Shown here: positions 1-11,503 of the stretch, in pieces | Position numbering within the stretch: position 1 is the first letter of the stretch | How the letters are laid out: each line of letters begins with the position of its first letter | Source of the DNA: Pseudovirgaria hyperparasitica | Taxonomy: Eukaryota | DNA: 52,904 nucleotides | Direction: 5' to 3' (one strand) | Assembly (NCBI GenBank): GCA_010093815.1 | Contig: ML996572.1 | Position numbers and translations under genes: made by a program | Notes under the pieces: model-generated | What the model was told of the DNA's origin: nothing | Databases searched by the model: none | What the model saw: only the letters and a program-made list of their open reading frames with translations

Positions 1-1044
1 ACTACTCGCCTTACCAAGTTAGAACGCTTAGTTTCTAGAATAATAAATATTATATTACTAATTACTTACTTAGACAAGCTAATAACCTCGCTCTATATAA
101 TAAATAATATTAATATACTACTCGTAGAGACCGTTTAATAAATATTTAGAATCCGCGGCTATTAACACGTTATATATACTAATATTAATAGAGATTACGC
201 GTACATGGTAAATAACTTAATATATAATATAGACTTATTACGTTTCACTTAGTAGATTATTACTAAGCTCTTCTATTATAGCGTTATACTTAATCGCGTA
301 CTCTATATTTCTATATATACTATCTAACGTAATCTATTTAAAGGGATAGTTAGGAACTCGCTTCTAACTATACTTGCCGTAGCGGATAAAGGTCGATTTA
401 ATACTCTATCTAAGCCGGTATAGAAGCTTATCTAATAGCGTTTATAGGACGGTTCTTAGGGTTATAATAATAATATAGTCCTTATTAATCTAGTCTAAAC
501 TAATTACTTCGGCTTTCTCTTAGAAGGAAACCATAATATTATTACTATTATACGCGCTAAATAGATAATAGTTATTATTACTAACTTCGTATCTCTTAAG
601 AGATAGAAAGTCCTAGACGGTATACTTAGCGAGATATAGAATAAGTACTCTAAGATTTATACGATATACACGTGTATAACCCCCGACCTAGATAGCCTCC
701 CTCTACTCTCTAATATATCTAATCTCTAATATAGTTACTCTATACTTAGTATTAGAGAGAGGGAAGAACGAAGTAATTAATAAACTACTAATAGTACTAA
801 GCCCCGTAAGCCGCTAGTCTACCGTAAATATAATATTAAAGAATATAAGTCTATTAAGTATCTAAGAGGGTTAACGCTTATATATAATAACTATTAGAAT
901 ATTAGCTATAAAGCTAATATTTACCCTAAACCTAAGACGCTTATAGGTACATTTTACTATAATTATAGAACTACTAGTTATACTCAGTGTTATTATCCTA
1001 GCCGTACTAAATTACTAGTATATATAAATAGTAATAATCTAGTT

Positions 1045-1144
1045 AATACTACTAGAGCTAATACTACTAGAGCTAATACTACTAGAACTAATACTACTAG
1101 AACTAATACTACTAGAACTAATACTACTAGAGCTAATACTACTA
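1045..1144. repeat. 15-bp tandem repeat (aatactactagagct), about 6.5 copies
   Basis: Visible tandem units; period is a multiple of 3, so possibly a decayed coding repeat. Confidence 0.9.
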
Positions 1145-2547
1145 ATAAAGTAACTACTAGCGGCTAGGATAATAGAGACTACGAGGATACTAACCGAGAT
1201 AGCGGTATTATAATATATAAAGATATAGAAGTTAATTAGTAATAGTATACGATTAGACTTACGTATTAGGGCTACTTAGTTACGGCTTCTTAGTAAGTAT
1301 ATCTCTATATCTATTTTAGATATAGTTATGATATTCTACTAGATAGATAGTTTAGCTCTATTAAAGACCTATTAAGGGTATTTCTATTACGTCTACTCTA
1401 GTATAGACGCGCTATTAGATAATACGGCGCTACTAGGTACGTTAACTAGTATCTACCGATTAAGAAATAAACACGATTCTATATCTACTATAAGCCCCGG
1501 CCTAATAACGTAGGCTTCCTTTAGTTATCCCCTTTATACTTTTAAAACTACTTCTAGCCTTTATATTAGAAGATATTACTATCTAAAGAGAAAATATAAA
1601 AAAATATACGCTCTAATTAAAGCCTCTACCTTTAGACTTTAACTATAATATATATAGGATATAGTAAACCTAAATATTACGTACTTTAAAAGTATAGAAG
1701 GATATAATACTTAAATATAATAAAATATAGACTTATAATACTCGGAGAGTATCTAGGGATAAGTATATAAATATAAAATGGGATAAGACTAACGCGGTAC
1801 CTTATATATACGTGGCTATATACCGTCCTAGACGTAGTCGCCTACGATATAATATTATAAGATAAGAATTATAGCTATCTAATTCTATTAAGGGTATTAG
1901 ATAATATAAAGTAAATAACTATACGTCTAACCACACTACACTAAGTTACATACATATTATAAACGCGTATTTAAGGAATAATAAGAATATAAATAAGGTT
2001 CACCTAGTAGATACCTTATTATTCTAGCTTCTACCTCTATTATCTAATCTATACCTCTATCTTCCTCACGCCTATAATATACTATATATATACTATATAA
2101 TTAGTCTATAAATTATAAACACTATATTAACTACATACATTAACTACATATAATTAATATATTAAATCCAATTCTATAATAAAGTAACCATCTAAATATA
2201 GTAATTACTATAGTACTACTTCGTATCTTAAGCCTAGATATATAAGTAAAGCATAAAGCTATAGAGGCGCATATAAGGTAGCTATATATAGAAGTATATA
2301 TAGCTACTCTACTCATAGACTATAGGCATTAAACTAAGAATAAGCTTAGTATAAAAAGAGTACATAAGATTATTAATAAGGTAGTAGATAAATTTCTAGT
2401 AGTATAGAAAAGAGTAGTAGAGTATATAGAGATAAAGACACTATACTATATCTATAACTAGGTACGTACTATAGTATAGAAAACCATATATTATAGAAAA
2501 ACTATCTCTAAGTATAAGAAGAGACGCGTAATTATAGCTCTATATTC

Positions 2548-2658
2548 TATAACCTTATAATCCCCACCTATTATAACCTTATAACCTCCGCCTATTACAA
2601 CCTTATAACCCCTATCTATTATAACCTTATAGCTCTTATATACTATAACCTTATAGTC
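2548..2658. repeat. 24-bp tandem repeat (aaccttataacctccgcctattac-like), about 4.5 copies
   Basis: 'aaccttata' recurs every 24 bp; explains the YKVI periodicity in ORF 2491-2739. Confidence 0.8.
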
Positions 2659-3789
2659 TATACTTATAGCGGTCCTATAGCCTACTAATATATATACTAC
2701 AAGAAAAATTAAATTTATAATTAGATTTAATAATAACATATTCCTTAAAATACTAGTACCTATATCTAACTAGTAGAAAGACTATAGCAACGCTTCGTGT
2801 ATTAATTTAGTAGTATTTATATAGCAAATTAGAATCTAATACATAATAAAGACTAGGAGAGCACTAAACTAGAGCCATACTACTATATATTCTATCATAC
2901 TAGTAGTCAAGTATATAATAAGTAAAACAGAACTAGAGGTAGATATTAGATAGCTCCTATAGTTAGTAATCAAATATATTCTAGAATATAGTAATAGTAT
3001 AATACTCCTCAGCCTTAGATAGAATATAGATAGTATACCTAAAGTAAAATAAAATATAAACTAGTAACTAATATATAATAGTATAGACAGCTATATATAG
3101 GTTACACTTAAATAAATCCACCTCTCCATCCCTAATACTATACTCACTATAATTAGTATAATAATAGTAATAGAAAGCTACCGTCTATAACAGTAGAGAT
3201 ACCTACAGAGATAGTATTATAGGTAGTAGATAGTATTATCAAAATAACTTAACCCTTCCTCTAGCAATACTATATATACTACTATTAGTACCCAGAAAGT
3301 TATAAGACTAATCTATAAGCTCTAAAGATAGTAACTTCAAAAGCCTTAAAAGTACCTTAGATATAGAGAATATAGATATCGCTTTTAAAGACTAATAGAA
3401 TAATAAAAAGGGTGCTAGAGATAGTAAGAGTAGCGTACATACTTAGCTAAGGTAATACAATCCGACATAAGACGGCTTCTACCTACTATATATTAGTATA
3501 TACCCAATTCTACTAGCTATATAACTATAGTATATATATTCAGTTAAGATATTACAACACCAGTATAAGCCGGCATCTACCTAGTTTATATTAGAATACA
3601 CCCGGTCCTACTAGCTATATTATTACTATAACTATAATCATATAAGATCTACTCTAATAATTAAATATTTACTTATATACTTTACTTCCTCTATACTTAT
3701 TAAAATTATATTATAATTACTAAACACAGTAACTTAACTCCTACCGCCTAAATCTAGTTTTTATATCTTATTACTATTAACGCTATCTT

Positions 3790-6700
3790 ACTACCTATAG
3801 CCTAAGTTATATATAGAAATAGATAGATATAACAAGAGTCACAACTATCCTAGTTTAACTACCAGCTATAGAATAGCTAACTATAATACGCATATACAAC
3901 GTACAGAGGCCTTAAGCATTAGCACCCTCCTACCTTATATCTAGTACCTCCAAGACCTATATCTAATATCTAAAATAAGTTATAATATATATAGAGCTAC
4001 TATTATTAAGATAGTAAGTAAAGAAGTAGTAATAGAGCTTAAAACTAGTAGTATAGATACTACTATACTCTATAGAATAGTTAAGGAAACCGTTACTAGA
4101 GAATTTAATTAGCATATCGCGGCTATAAATAGTAAGTTAGTACCGACGGTTATAACCATAGATATAATAGAGACTAAACTAGATATAGATACTATAGATA
4201 TAGGTACGTAGATATAGTTACCGCTAGAATATAAGAAGAAAGATAATATAGAAGATACTAAAATAGAAGACGACGTAGCTAGTATACTTAGATATATATA
4301 TATATATATAGTTCTAGATACTAATATTAGAGTAGTGTTAAAGATAGGTACGGCTATAACTACTAATATAGATAATCTATCTATGAATATCGTCGTGTCT
4401 AGCGAAGCTTATCTATATATAAATATACTAGCTATAGAGATATAGTTATAGTTACCGCTAGAATATATAGAGAAAGAGAATATAGAAGATACTAAAATAG
4501 AAGACGACGTAGCTAGTATACTTAGATATATATATATATATACACGGTCCTAGATACTAATATTAGAGTAGTATTAAAGATAGATATAGCTATAACTACT
4601 AATATAGATAATCTATCTATAAATATCGTCGTGTCTAGCGAAGCTTATCTACGCGTAAATATACTAGCTATAGAGATATAGTTATAGTTACTATTAGAAT
4701 ATATAGAGAAAGAGAATATAGAAGATACTAAAATGGAAGACGACGTAGCTAGTATACTTAGATATATATATATATATATATAGTTCTAGATANNNNNNNN
4801 NNNNNNNNNNNNNNNNNNNNNNNNNNNNNNNNNNNNNNNNNNNNNNNNNNNNNNNNNNNNNNNNNNNNNNNNNNNNNNNNNNNNNNNNNNNNNNNNNNNN
4901 NNNNNNNNNNNNNNNNNNNNNNNNNNNNNNNNNNNNNNNNNNNNNNNNNNNNNNNNNNNNNNNNNNNNNNNTAGATACTAATATTAGAGTAGTATTAAAG
5001 ATAGATACGGCTATAATTACTAATATAGATAATTCCCCTACGAATACTATTATACCTCTAGATACTAGTAAGACTTATCTACGGCTACTAGAAATAAAGA
5101 GGATACTCTTAGATAATATAGTAAACCTAGTCGATTCTCCGAAACGCCTAAAACTAGAATATATTATACTACTAGATATTAACTAGTAGATACGTGAAAA
5201 CCAGGAACTATTTAGATTAGTAGATAATTTATATAGTAGATATATATCGGATAGTATATTAGCGAACGGCCTTAACTTTAAAATCCTTTCTATAGATAAT
5301 AACTCTAACGGAGATAAAGTAAAGCTAGATATAGAGGACTTAATTCCGGTAGATAATAATATTAGTACGAAACTATAGAAAGTATAAGTTATACTAAGAA
5401 GTAAGTAGAAATATATACTACTATACTAATATATCTATAGAATATTCGCTATTAATAACTCTAATAAAGTAGTCTAAGCTATCTCTTATTATACGGAAGA
5501 GATATAGTTACTTACTATAAGTATATTTAGGCTTACGCTAGACGACCTAATAAAGAAGTTCGGCTATATACCTACTCTATATCTAGCCTTTAGTATAAGT
5601 AGGTTATATAGGCTATGGGCCGGCTAGTTACTCGCGGTAGTTACTATATTTAAGTAGCGGGCGGGTCCGTAGAAGTACTAGATCTTAGTAGATAGTCTAG
5701 GGCTAGAGAAGATAATTATACTTATAACGTTCATCTACCTTACGTTTTATTAGGACTTTCCATATAATAATATAGAACTTAATCTAGGAAATTATCTATA
5801 ACTAACTTAAGACTTAGGTATAGATAGAAAGTACCTAATATAATCTCTATATCCAATTAAATGTCCGTATAGCTAGACCGATAATTTTATCTATATACCC
5901 CGCCTTTAAGGACTATTTATACTATACTATCTAAGGTCCCTTCTAATAGTATATTAGCTATAGCGCTTTAAATAGATATATAATAATATAGATAGTATAT
6001 TTACCGATTAAATTAATAAACGGAATCTAATAAAGATAATAGTACAGCTAGCGTACTCGAAAACCCTTACTAACGCCTCTAGTATCCGATAATTCTTATA
6101 TATAGACTAATAATACTTAGCTAAGAGATATCTATACCCTAAATAGGAATATAGTATTAATATTAGTAATACTACTAAATTCAAGACTAATAAGGAGTAT
6201 ATTATTAGGGCATGGTTAATTCCCATTAATAGAACTACTACTACTAAATTTCCGTCGCGATATATAAAGAACTATATAATCTATAGTACTATCTAGAGTA
6301 TAGAACTCTAATATCTTAAATCTTTTAAGAGATGTATAGTTATAAGAGTAAAGAGGGCGAAATAATTTAGTACTAAAAATACTTAAACTCGTAAAGTAGT
6401 ATTCCTCGGTATATTAATAGTAGACGAGTTCTATTCTATAAAGAACCCCGATATAAAATAGTATAAATATACGATATATAATACCCTTATATTTAGTATA
6501 TAGGTTAGTATAACGCCCCTCTTAAATAGTCTAGTAGATATTCTAGTAGCTATCGAGGTAGGTACTCCGGATAAGTTATCTAACTATATTAATAATAATA
6601 CTACTAAAAGGGTATTCGAGAGCCTATAGAATAAAACTATAAGAAAGATTATTATAATATAGTTAAATAAACTTCTTAGTTTAATAAAAGATAAGCCGGC

Positions 6701-7372
6701 GGATACGATGGCCGTAATAGTCTATAGGGCATTAGAAACTATAGAAGGTAAGCGTATACTACGTATAGTAGCCGATTAGTATTTACTATTTATTCTATAA
6801 TAGGGACTACTAACTAAATAGTTTAACGGAGAGGCATATCTATCTATAATATTAAAGCTAGTAGTAGAGTTTATATCTATCCCGGCTATAGAACTAGAGA
6901 AGATAATTATATAGTTATACGAGAATAGAGATAGATAGTTTAATAATCTATAGTCTAACGGAACGCCGCGGGACTTATAGATATAATCTACCGCCTAGAG
7001 TAAATTAAAAGAGGGTACTAGGTCTAGACTTAACGCATACTACTATTAGGCTAGGCTAGCTACTACGTATATACTACTTATATACCTTACTAATAAAAAG
7101 ATAGAAGATAAGTAAATTAATATTACGCTTACGCGTTAGAGGGATAGTAATAATAGTATACTAAGTAAGATAATCGCTAATTCTATACACGAAGCGCTTC
7201 TATAGCTAGATAAGGCTATATAAAAGAAGATAGTATCGCTAGCTAATAAATACGCTTCGAAGGTAAACTAGATCTATAACTTTATTAATAATAACGTTTA
7301 TAATAAAAGTACTAGATATACGCGATAAATATCTACTAACTACCTAGAGAAAATTATACTCGTATATACTAT
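3790..7372 (+). pseudogene. SNF2-family helicase/ATPase pseudogene, 5' part (RIP-decayed; start uncertain)
   Basis: One frame carries ILVDSLGLEKI (ILAD..GLGKT, 5682), LIVDEFY (DExH, 6423), VSITPLLNSL (motif III, 6504) and EKIILV (7347). Confidence 0.8.
4217..5032. repeat. About 235-bp tandem repeat with internal (TA)n, at least 3 copies, spanning an N gap
   Basis: Units start near 4217, 4451 and 4687 and share 'gaagatactaaaatagaagacgacgtagctagtatacttag'; unit sequence resumes after the Ns. Confidence 0.9.
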
Positions 7373-7744
7373 TGTGGTGAGCCATCGCCACGTGTATCCC
7401 TTTTATAAATGGCTGTGTTCCTAGTATAGTAGTCGCGACGAACTCACAAGTATCTCTCCTAGGTATTATAAGTTCTCTTTGAACGCACGACTTCTTATTA
7501 GTTCTCTTTTATAATAGGACGGGTCTATATAATACTCTTAATTAATTCTTTAATAGCTAAGCCTAATAATTAATACCTATAGAGGCCCATAAACATAAGG
7601 AAAGGTCGAATAGTCGAATATTAGTAATGGGGGAAGCGCGCCGAGCAGAATGACCAAGGAAAACGCCCTCCTTAAATATATAATGAAGCCATATAATCGA
7701 GCTAGGGACATATATATATAGGGCTGCAGGAGCGGCCTTCCACA
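7373..7744 (-). repeat. 3' LTR of element A (372 bp)
   Basis: tgtggtgagcc...ggccttccaca; matches 18441-18761. Confidence 0.95.
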
Positions 7745-7759
7745 TATACCTCCCCGGCC
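7745..7759 (-). promoter_or_regulatory. Polypurine tract of element A
   Basis: Minus strand ggccggggaggtata immediately before the 3' LTR. Confidence 0.65.
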
Positions 7760-7890
7760 TATAGAACTACTACCCTTAGTAGTGTAGTAACCGTGTGAGA
7801 AACCGTGTAAAGAACGCCTAAAAGAAAGACCTTAATACGAATAAAATGCGCCCCTAGTAAACCTCTTAGCGCGGGTAAACCTTAGCCCGG

Positions 7891-7923
7891 ATTATTAGTT
7901 AAGGGTAGCCCTTAACTAATAAT
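7891..7923. repeat. Shared palindrome copy 1 (attattagttaaggg-tag-cccttaactaataat)
   Basis: Perfect 15-bp arms with a 3-nt spacer. Confidence 0.95.
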
Positions 7924-7955
7924 TAGGTAGGTTTTTAGGCGCCTAATCTTAGTAC

Positions 7956-10877
7956 TTAAGGTCGCGAGCCAGCTCCTAAAGAATCGTGTTCGCTTATCTT
8001 AGAGAGGTTAGATTTCTCCTTATCAGATAGTTTATTAGGCCTCTTCTATCTATAGAAGTTCTCTTTAATATTATCTAGACCCGCGTCGGACTCGAATTTC
8101 TTAAAATTAATTAGCCGCTTAGCGGCGCGCGCCTCATTAAATTCCTTCTAGAACGACCTATCCCTATAGACTAGCCTTTTCTACCTTACTATTTTCTTAA
8201 AGGTCTCTACGAATACCCTCGAGCCCTCCTTAAACCAGGCGTCTATCTTAGCTTTAAGTTATTAAGGACTTACGTTAAGCTACGTAGCTACCTCTTCTTT
8301 TACCTCCTAGCTATTCTATCTTTTACGGCCGACTAATACGTTACTAACGGCGTTAAAACTCGGGAGTTAAACTACGGCTAGGAAGGTAAAAGGAATCGCG
8401 CTATATTTATTAGAAAATCCTAACGGAGACATAGGTCCCGGAGTTAAATTCCTATAAGCTACTACGAGTTGTTCCCATGTACCTATTTTAGACACTTCTA
8501 TTATTATGTGATTAGGGCTAATCGCGATATACTATAGAAGCATCATACATCTTCTACCCTTTACGGGACCCTAGGCGCCGTATATTATTAGTAGGCTAGA
8601 GATATGTACTTTAAGGGACTAGTAGGGGACTAGGACGAAGGGACTAAATCGTTTCTTATCGTCCGTATTATAGATCTTATCATTAATAGCCGTAATTATA
8701 CCGTTTCGATTGACCCCCTCGCGGAGCTTAGCCTTCGACTACTATTTATTTAAGAACTTATAGGAGCGGGGAACGATTATAGTATAGTTATTACTTCGTT
8801 CGTCGTCGAGACTAATACTCCCCTAGATCATGTTAAACCCGTATCTATCGCTAGGATCGAGGATTCGATTAATGGCGTTATCGAGATACTTAAAACCCGT
8901 CTTATTACCCCTATCCTAGGACTTCGCATAGTACGGGTACGAGATTAGATAGTAGTTAAGATCGGGCCGAAGAGCGATATAGGTGAGCTAGTAAAGTAGG
9001 CATTACCTAATAAACTATTAGATATAGGAGTAGTATGTAGTTCGTAGCCAGCCGTAGTTCGATTTCTTATTAAACATGCGCTGGTGGTACTTATACATAT
9101 TAAATTCATCCCTCGCGAGTTCTAGAATACTCTTATTAAGTATAGAGGTCGTCTTTTTAAGTGGCTCGAAGAGCCCTTTAATATTAATACTTCCGGTACG
9201 TTCCTACTCGTCGAAGAGTTATCTATCTATCCTACTATCCTCCTTCTAAATTATAAATGCGATACTAGTAAGGATGGTTTTAATATTAATAACTTGCTTC
9301 GGGGTCTCTAGGGCCTAGTAACAATAGACACCTAATACCTCTATCAGATAAGGTAGCCACGCGTACTTCGCGAACCAGATATAACAGTCCTTATAAACTT
9401 TAAGGGCCCCTACGTTATCTCTAAACTTATATACTATTTTAAGTCTCGCTACTAGGTTTAAGTAGGACACGCTAACGAGTATATTATTCTTTCTAGCCAC
9501 GTCTTGGTAATGCTTATAGTAGACTTTATACGGAACAGCCATGTTACCTATCTACGCTTTCTAGCGCACTAGTAGGGCCATTCCCTTAATACTCGTGAAA
9601 TTCTTCTTTAATAATATAGCTACCTTAAAAGTCTTCGTTACTAAAGGCGCGTATTAATACTTCTTAGGCTCGTCCTCTTCCTTAACCGATACTATTATCT
9701 TAGAGTACGAACTAAGAATAACCGGGGATTATCGTATAGGCGCCCCTAGTAATTACTAAGGGCCGGTAGATAAGGCACGTCCGCGAGTAGGTTTTATCGG
9801 TATAGCCGTAATAGATACTAAAGAGGTTCTTACATGGCCCGGTAAGGGATATATACTAGTAGTAGTAGAAGGAATACTTACTTTAAACGGACGACTAGCT
9901 TTAAAGAGATAACGTGCTACTAAACTAGAAGGCGTGCTTCGTGGAGGGGACTTTACTATAGACGTTACCTATACTAGTTTTAGTAACGGTAAGGTCTAAG
10001 GCGGAGGCAATATACTCATCTCTTTGATTTATAGGTAGTATTCGACGGGCCTATAAACCATTCTACTTATCTATAACTATTAACTAGCGGGGATAATAAG
10101 TCCTATCTTATTATAGAACGTTAGTTTATTTTATCGGCTAGGGTAGTTCGAGAGTTACTAGAGAGATAGACTATCCTCGTTACTATCGCTAGCTAGGGTA
10201 GCATCGATATTAGAGCTCTAAAGATATACCTTAATTCCCCTTCCCTTCTATCCCTAGCCGATTCGGGACTATAGAGATACGTTTAACTAGTTCCTCGCTC
10301 TCGCCTATATCCGCATTCGTAAGAGCGCTACTAGCTTTTCTATAAAGTTCTATGTTTACTAGAGCTATCCGAGGGCGGATTAGAGTAACTAGCTATTATT
10401 ATTAGGGAGGTCTTTTCGCTAGTTTTATAGGATCGCATTTTTGGCTTTTAGGATATGGGAGTTAGTATCTCTTCTATAATAAATTATCTTATAGACTTCT
10501 TTCGGAATGGAGGAGTTAATCTTTACCTTACTATACCCTATTACGGCTCCTACTTCCTAGAAGAGGTTAACTATACTACTTAAGAGCTATTCTATAAGGC
10601 TAGTAATGTGAAGGAGATTATTAAATATATCTAGAATATAGTCCTATCGCTCTTACGGGTCCTAGATAGCGATGATTCGGTTAATAGTAGACTTATTTAC
10701 TTCTATAGCTTCTATAGCCTATCCGTGCGGAGTAGTAGATGGCCTCGATACTATAATAGCTATTAATGGCCCTACTTTAGTACTTACGACTCTTAACTAG
10801 GACCGCGTCTATCTTATTAGTACTTAACGATCTTATAACTCTTTATAGGTAGGCGTTTTCTTTTTCGGCGGGGCTAT
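7956..10877 (-). pseudogene. Extra gene in element A: long N-terminal region plus PhyH-like 2OG-Fe(II) dioxygenase domain (RIP-inactivated)
   Basis: Frame of ORF 9542-9315 reads through TAG/TAA stops: EFNMYKYHQR..NYGWLRT..ALRPD..LISYPYYAK..TGFKYLD (HLD), MI*GSISLDDE, IIVPRSY, IIYGA*GP..RR (HGA); in-frame putative start ata-gcc-ccg-ccg-aaa-aag-aaa at 10877. Confidence 0.7.
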
Positions 10878-10924
10878 TATTATTATTAGTTCTATTAGCG
10901 AGTTACGTTCTAAGAAGAGATAGT

Positions 10925-11280
10925 TAAGCGAGGCGGAAGTAGAGGAGGAGGTTTTATCGATTAAGGAGGTATAGAGAGGTGTAAGAGGAAAGAGTTATAT
11001 ACTATCTTAAGTTCTCTTTTTATGCCTCCTCGAATGCCGGGTATATAGTAATTTTTATAAATGATTCTTGCTAACGGCTATAGGCCCGTATACGTGTCGA
11101 ATCTATGAATGAATATATACTAGGTATATAGGAAATCTATGAATAAATGTGTCTACCGGGTATATAGCGGAATCTATAAATAAATAGATACCGGGTATAT
11201 TCTTATCCTTATAAGACTTCCTATAAGTATCTTTTTCTTCTATACCTCCTCCTTCTTTTCTTCCTTATTAGTTTCTAATA
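10925..11280. promoter_or_regulatory. Putative bidirectional internal promoter of element A
   Basis: Minus-strand TATATAA (~10995-11001) followed by a CT-rich tract toward the extra gene; plus-strand tataagta (~11222) followed by a CT-rich tract; repeated ccgggtatat motifs in between. Confidence 0.45.
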
Positions 11281-11434
11281 GGGCCCGTTCTATAGTAATA
11301 AAATAGGCCTTTAATAGGTGGGCTTCGATTACACGACCGGCTTTAATATATGGTAGATAGAATTCGCGTAAACGCCATTATGTCTTCTTTCGAGCATTGC
11401 TTACTTTAATAATAAGTTTTATTATTTTATAGTA

Positions 11435-11503
11435 ATGATAGGGTTTATCATCCTCTTTCGATGATAGAGTTCATCGTCCTTTTTCGATGATAGAGTTTAT
11501 CGT
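11435..11503. repeat. 26-bp tandem repeat (gatgatagagttcatcgtcctttttc), about 2.5 copies
   Basis: Visible tandem units, each with a short internal inverted repeat. Confidence 0.75.

Noticed and set aside
2491..2739. 82-aa ORF
   Set aside because: Product of a 24-bp repeat with RIP-biased composition
7563..7745. ORFs in the LTRs (also 18577-18762)
   Set aside because: Short ORFs within LTRs, no recognisable motifs, one crosses an N gap
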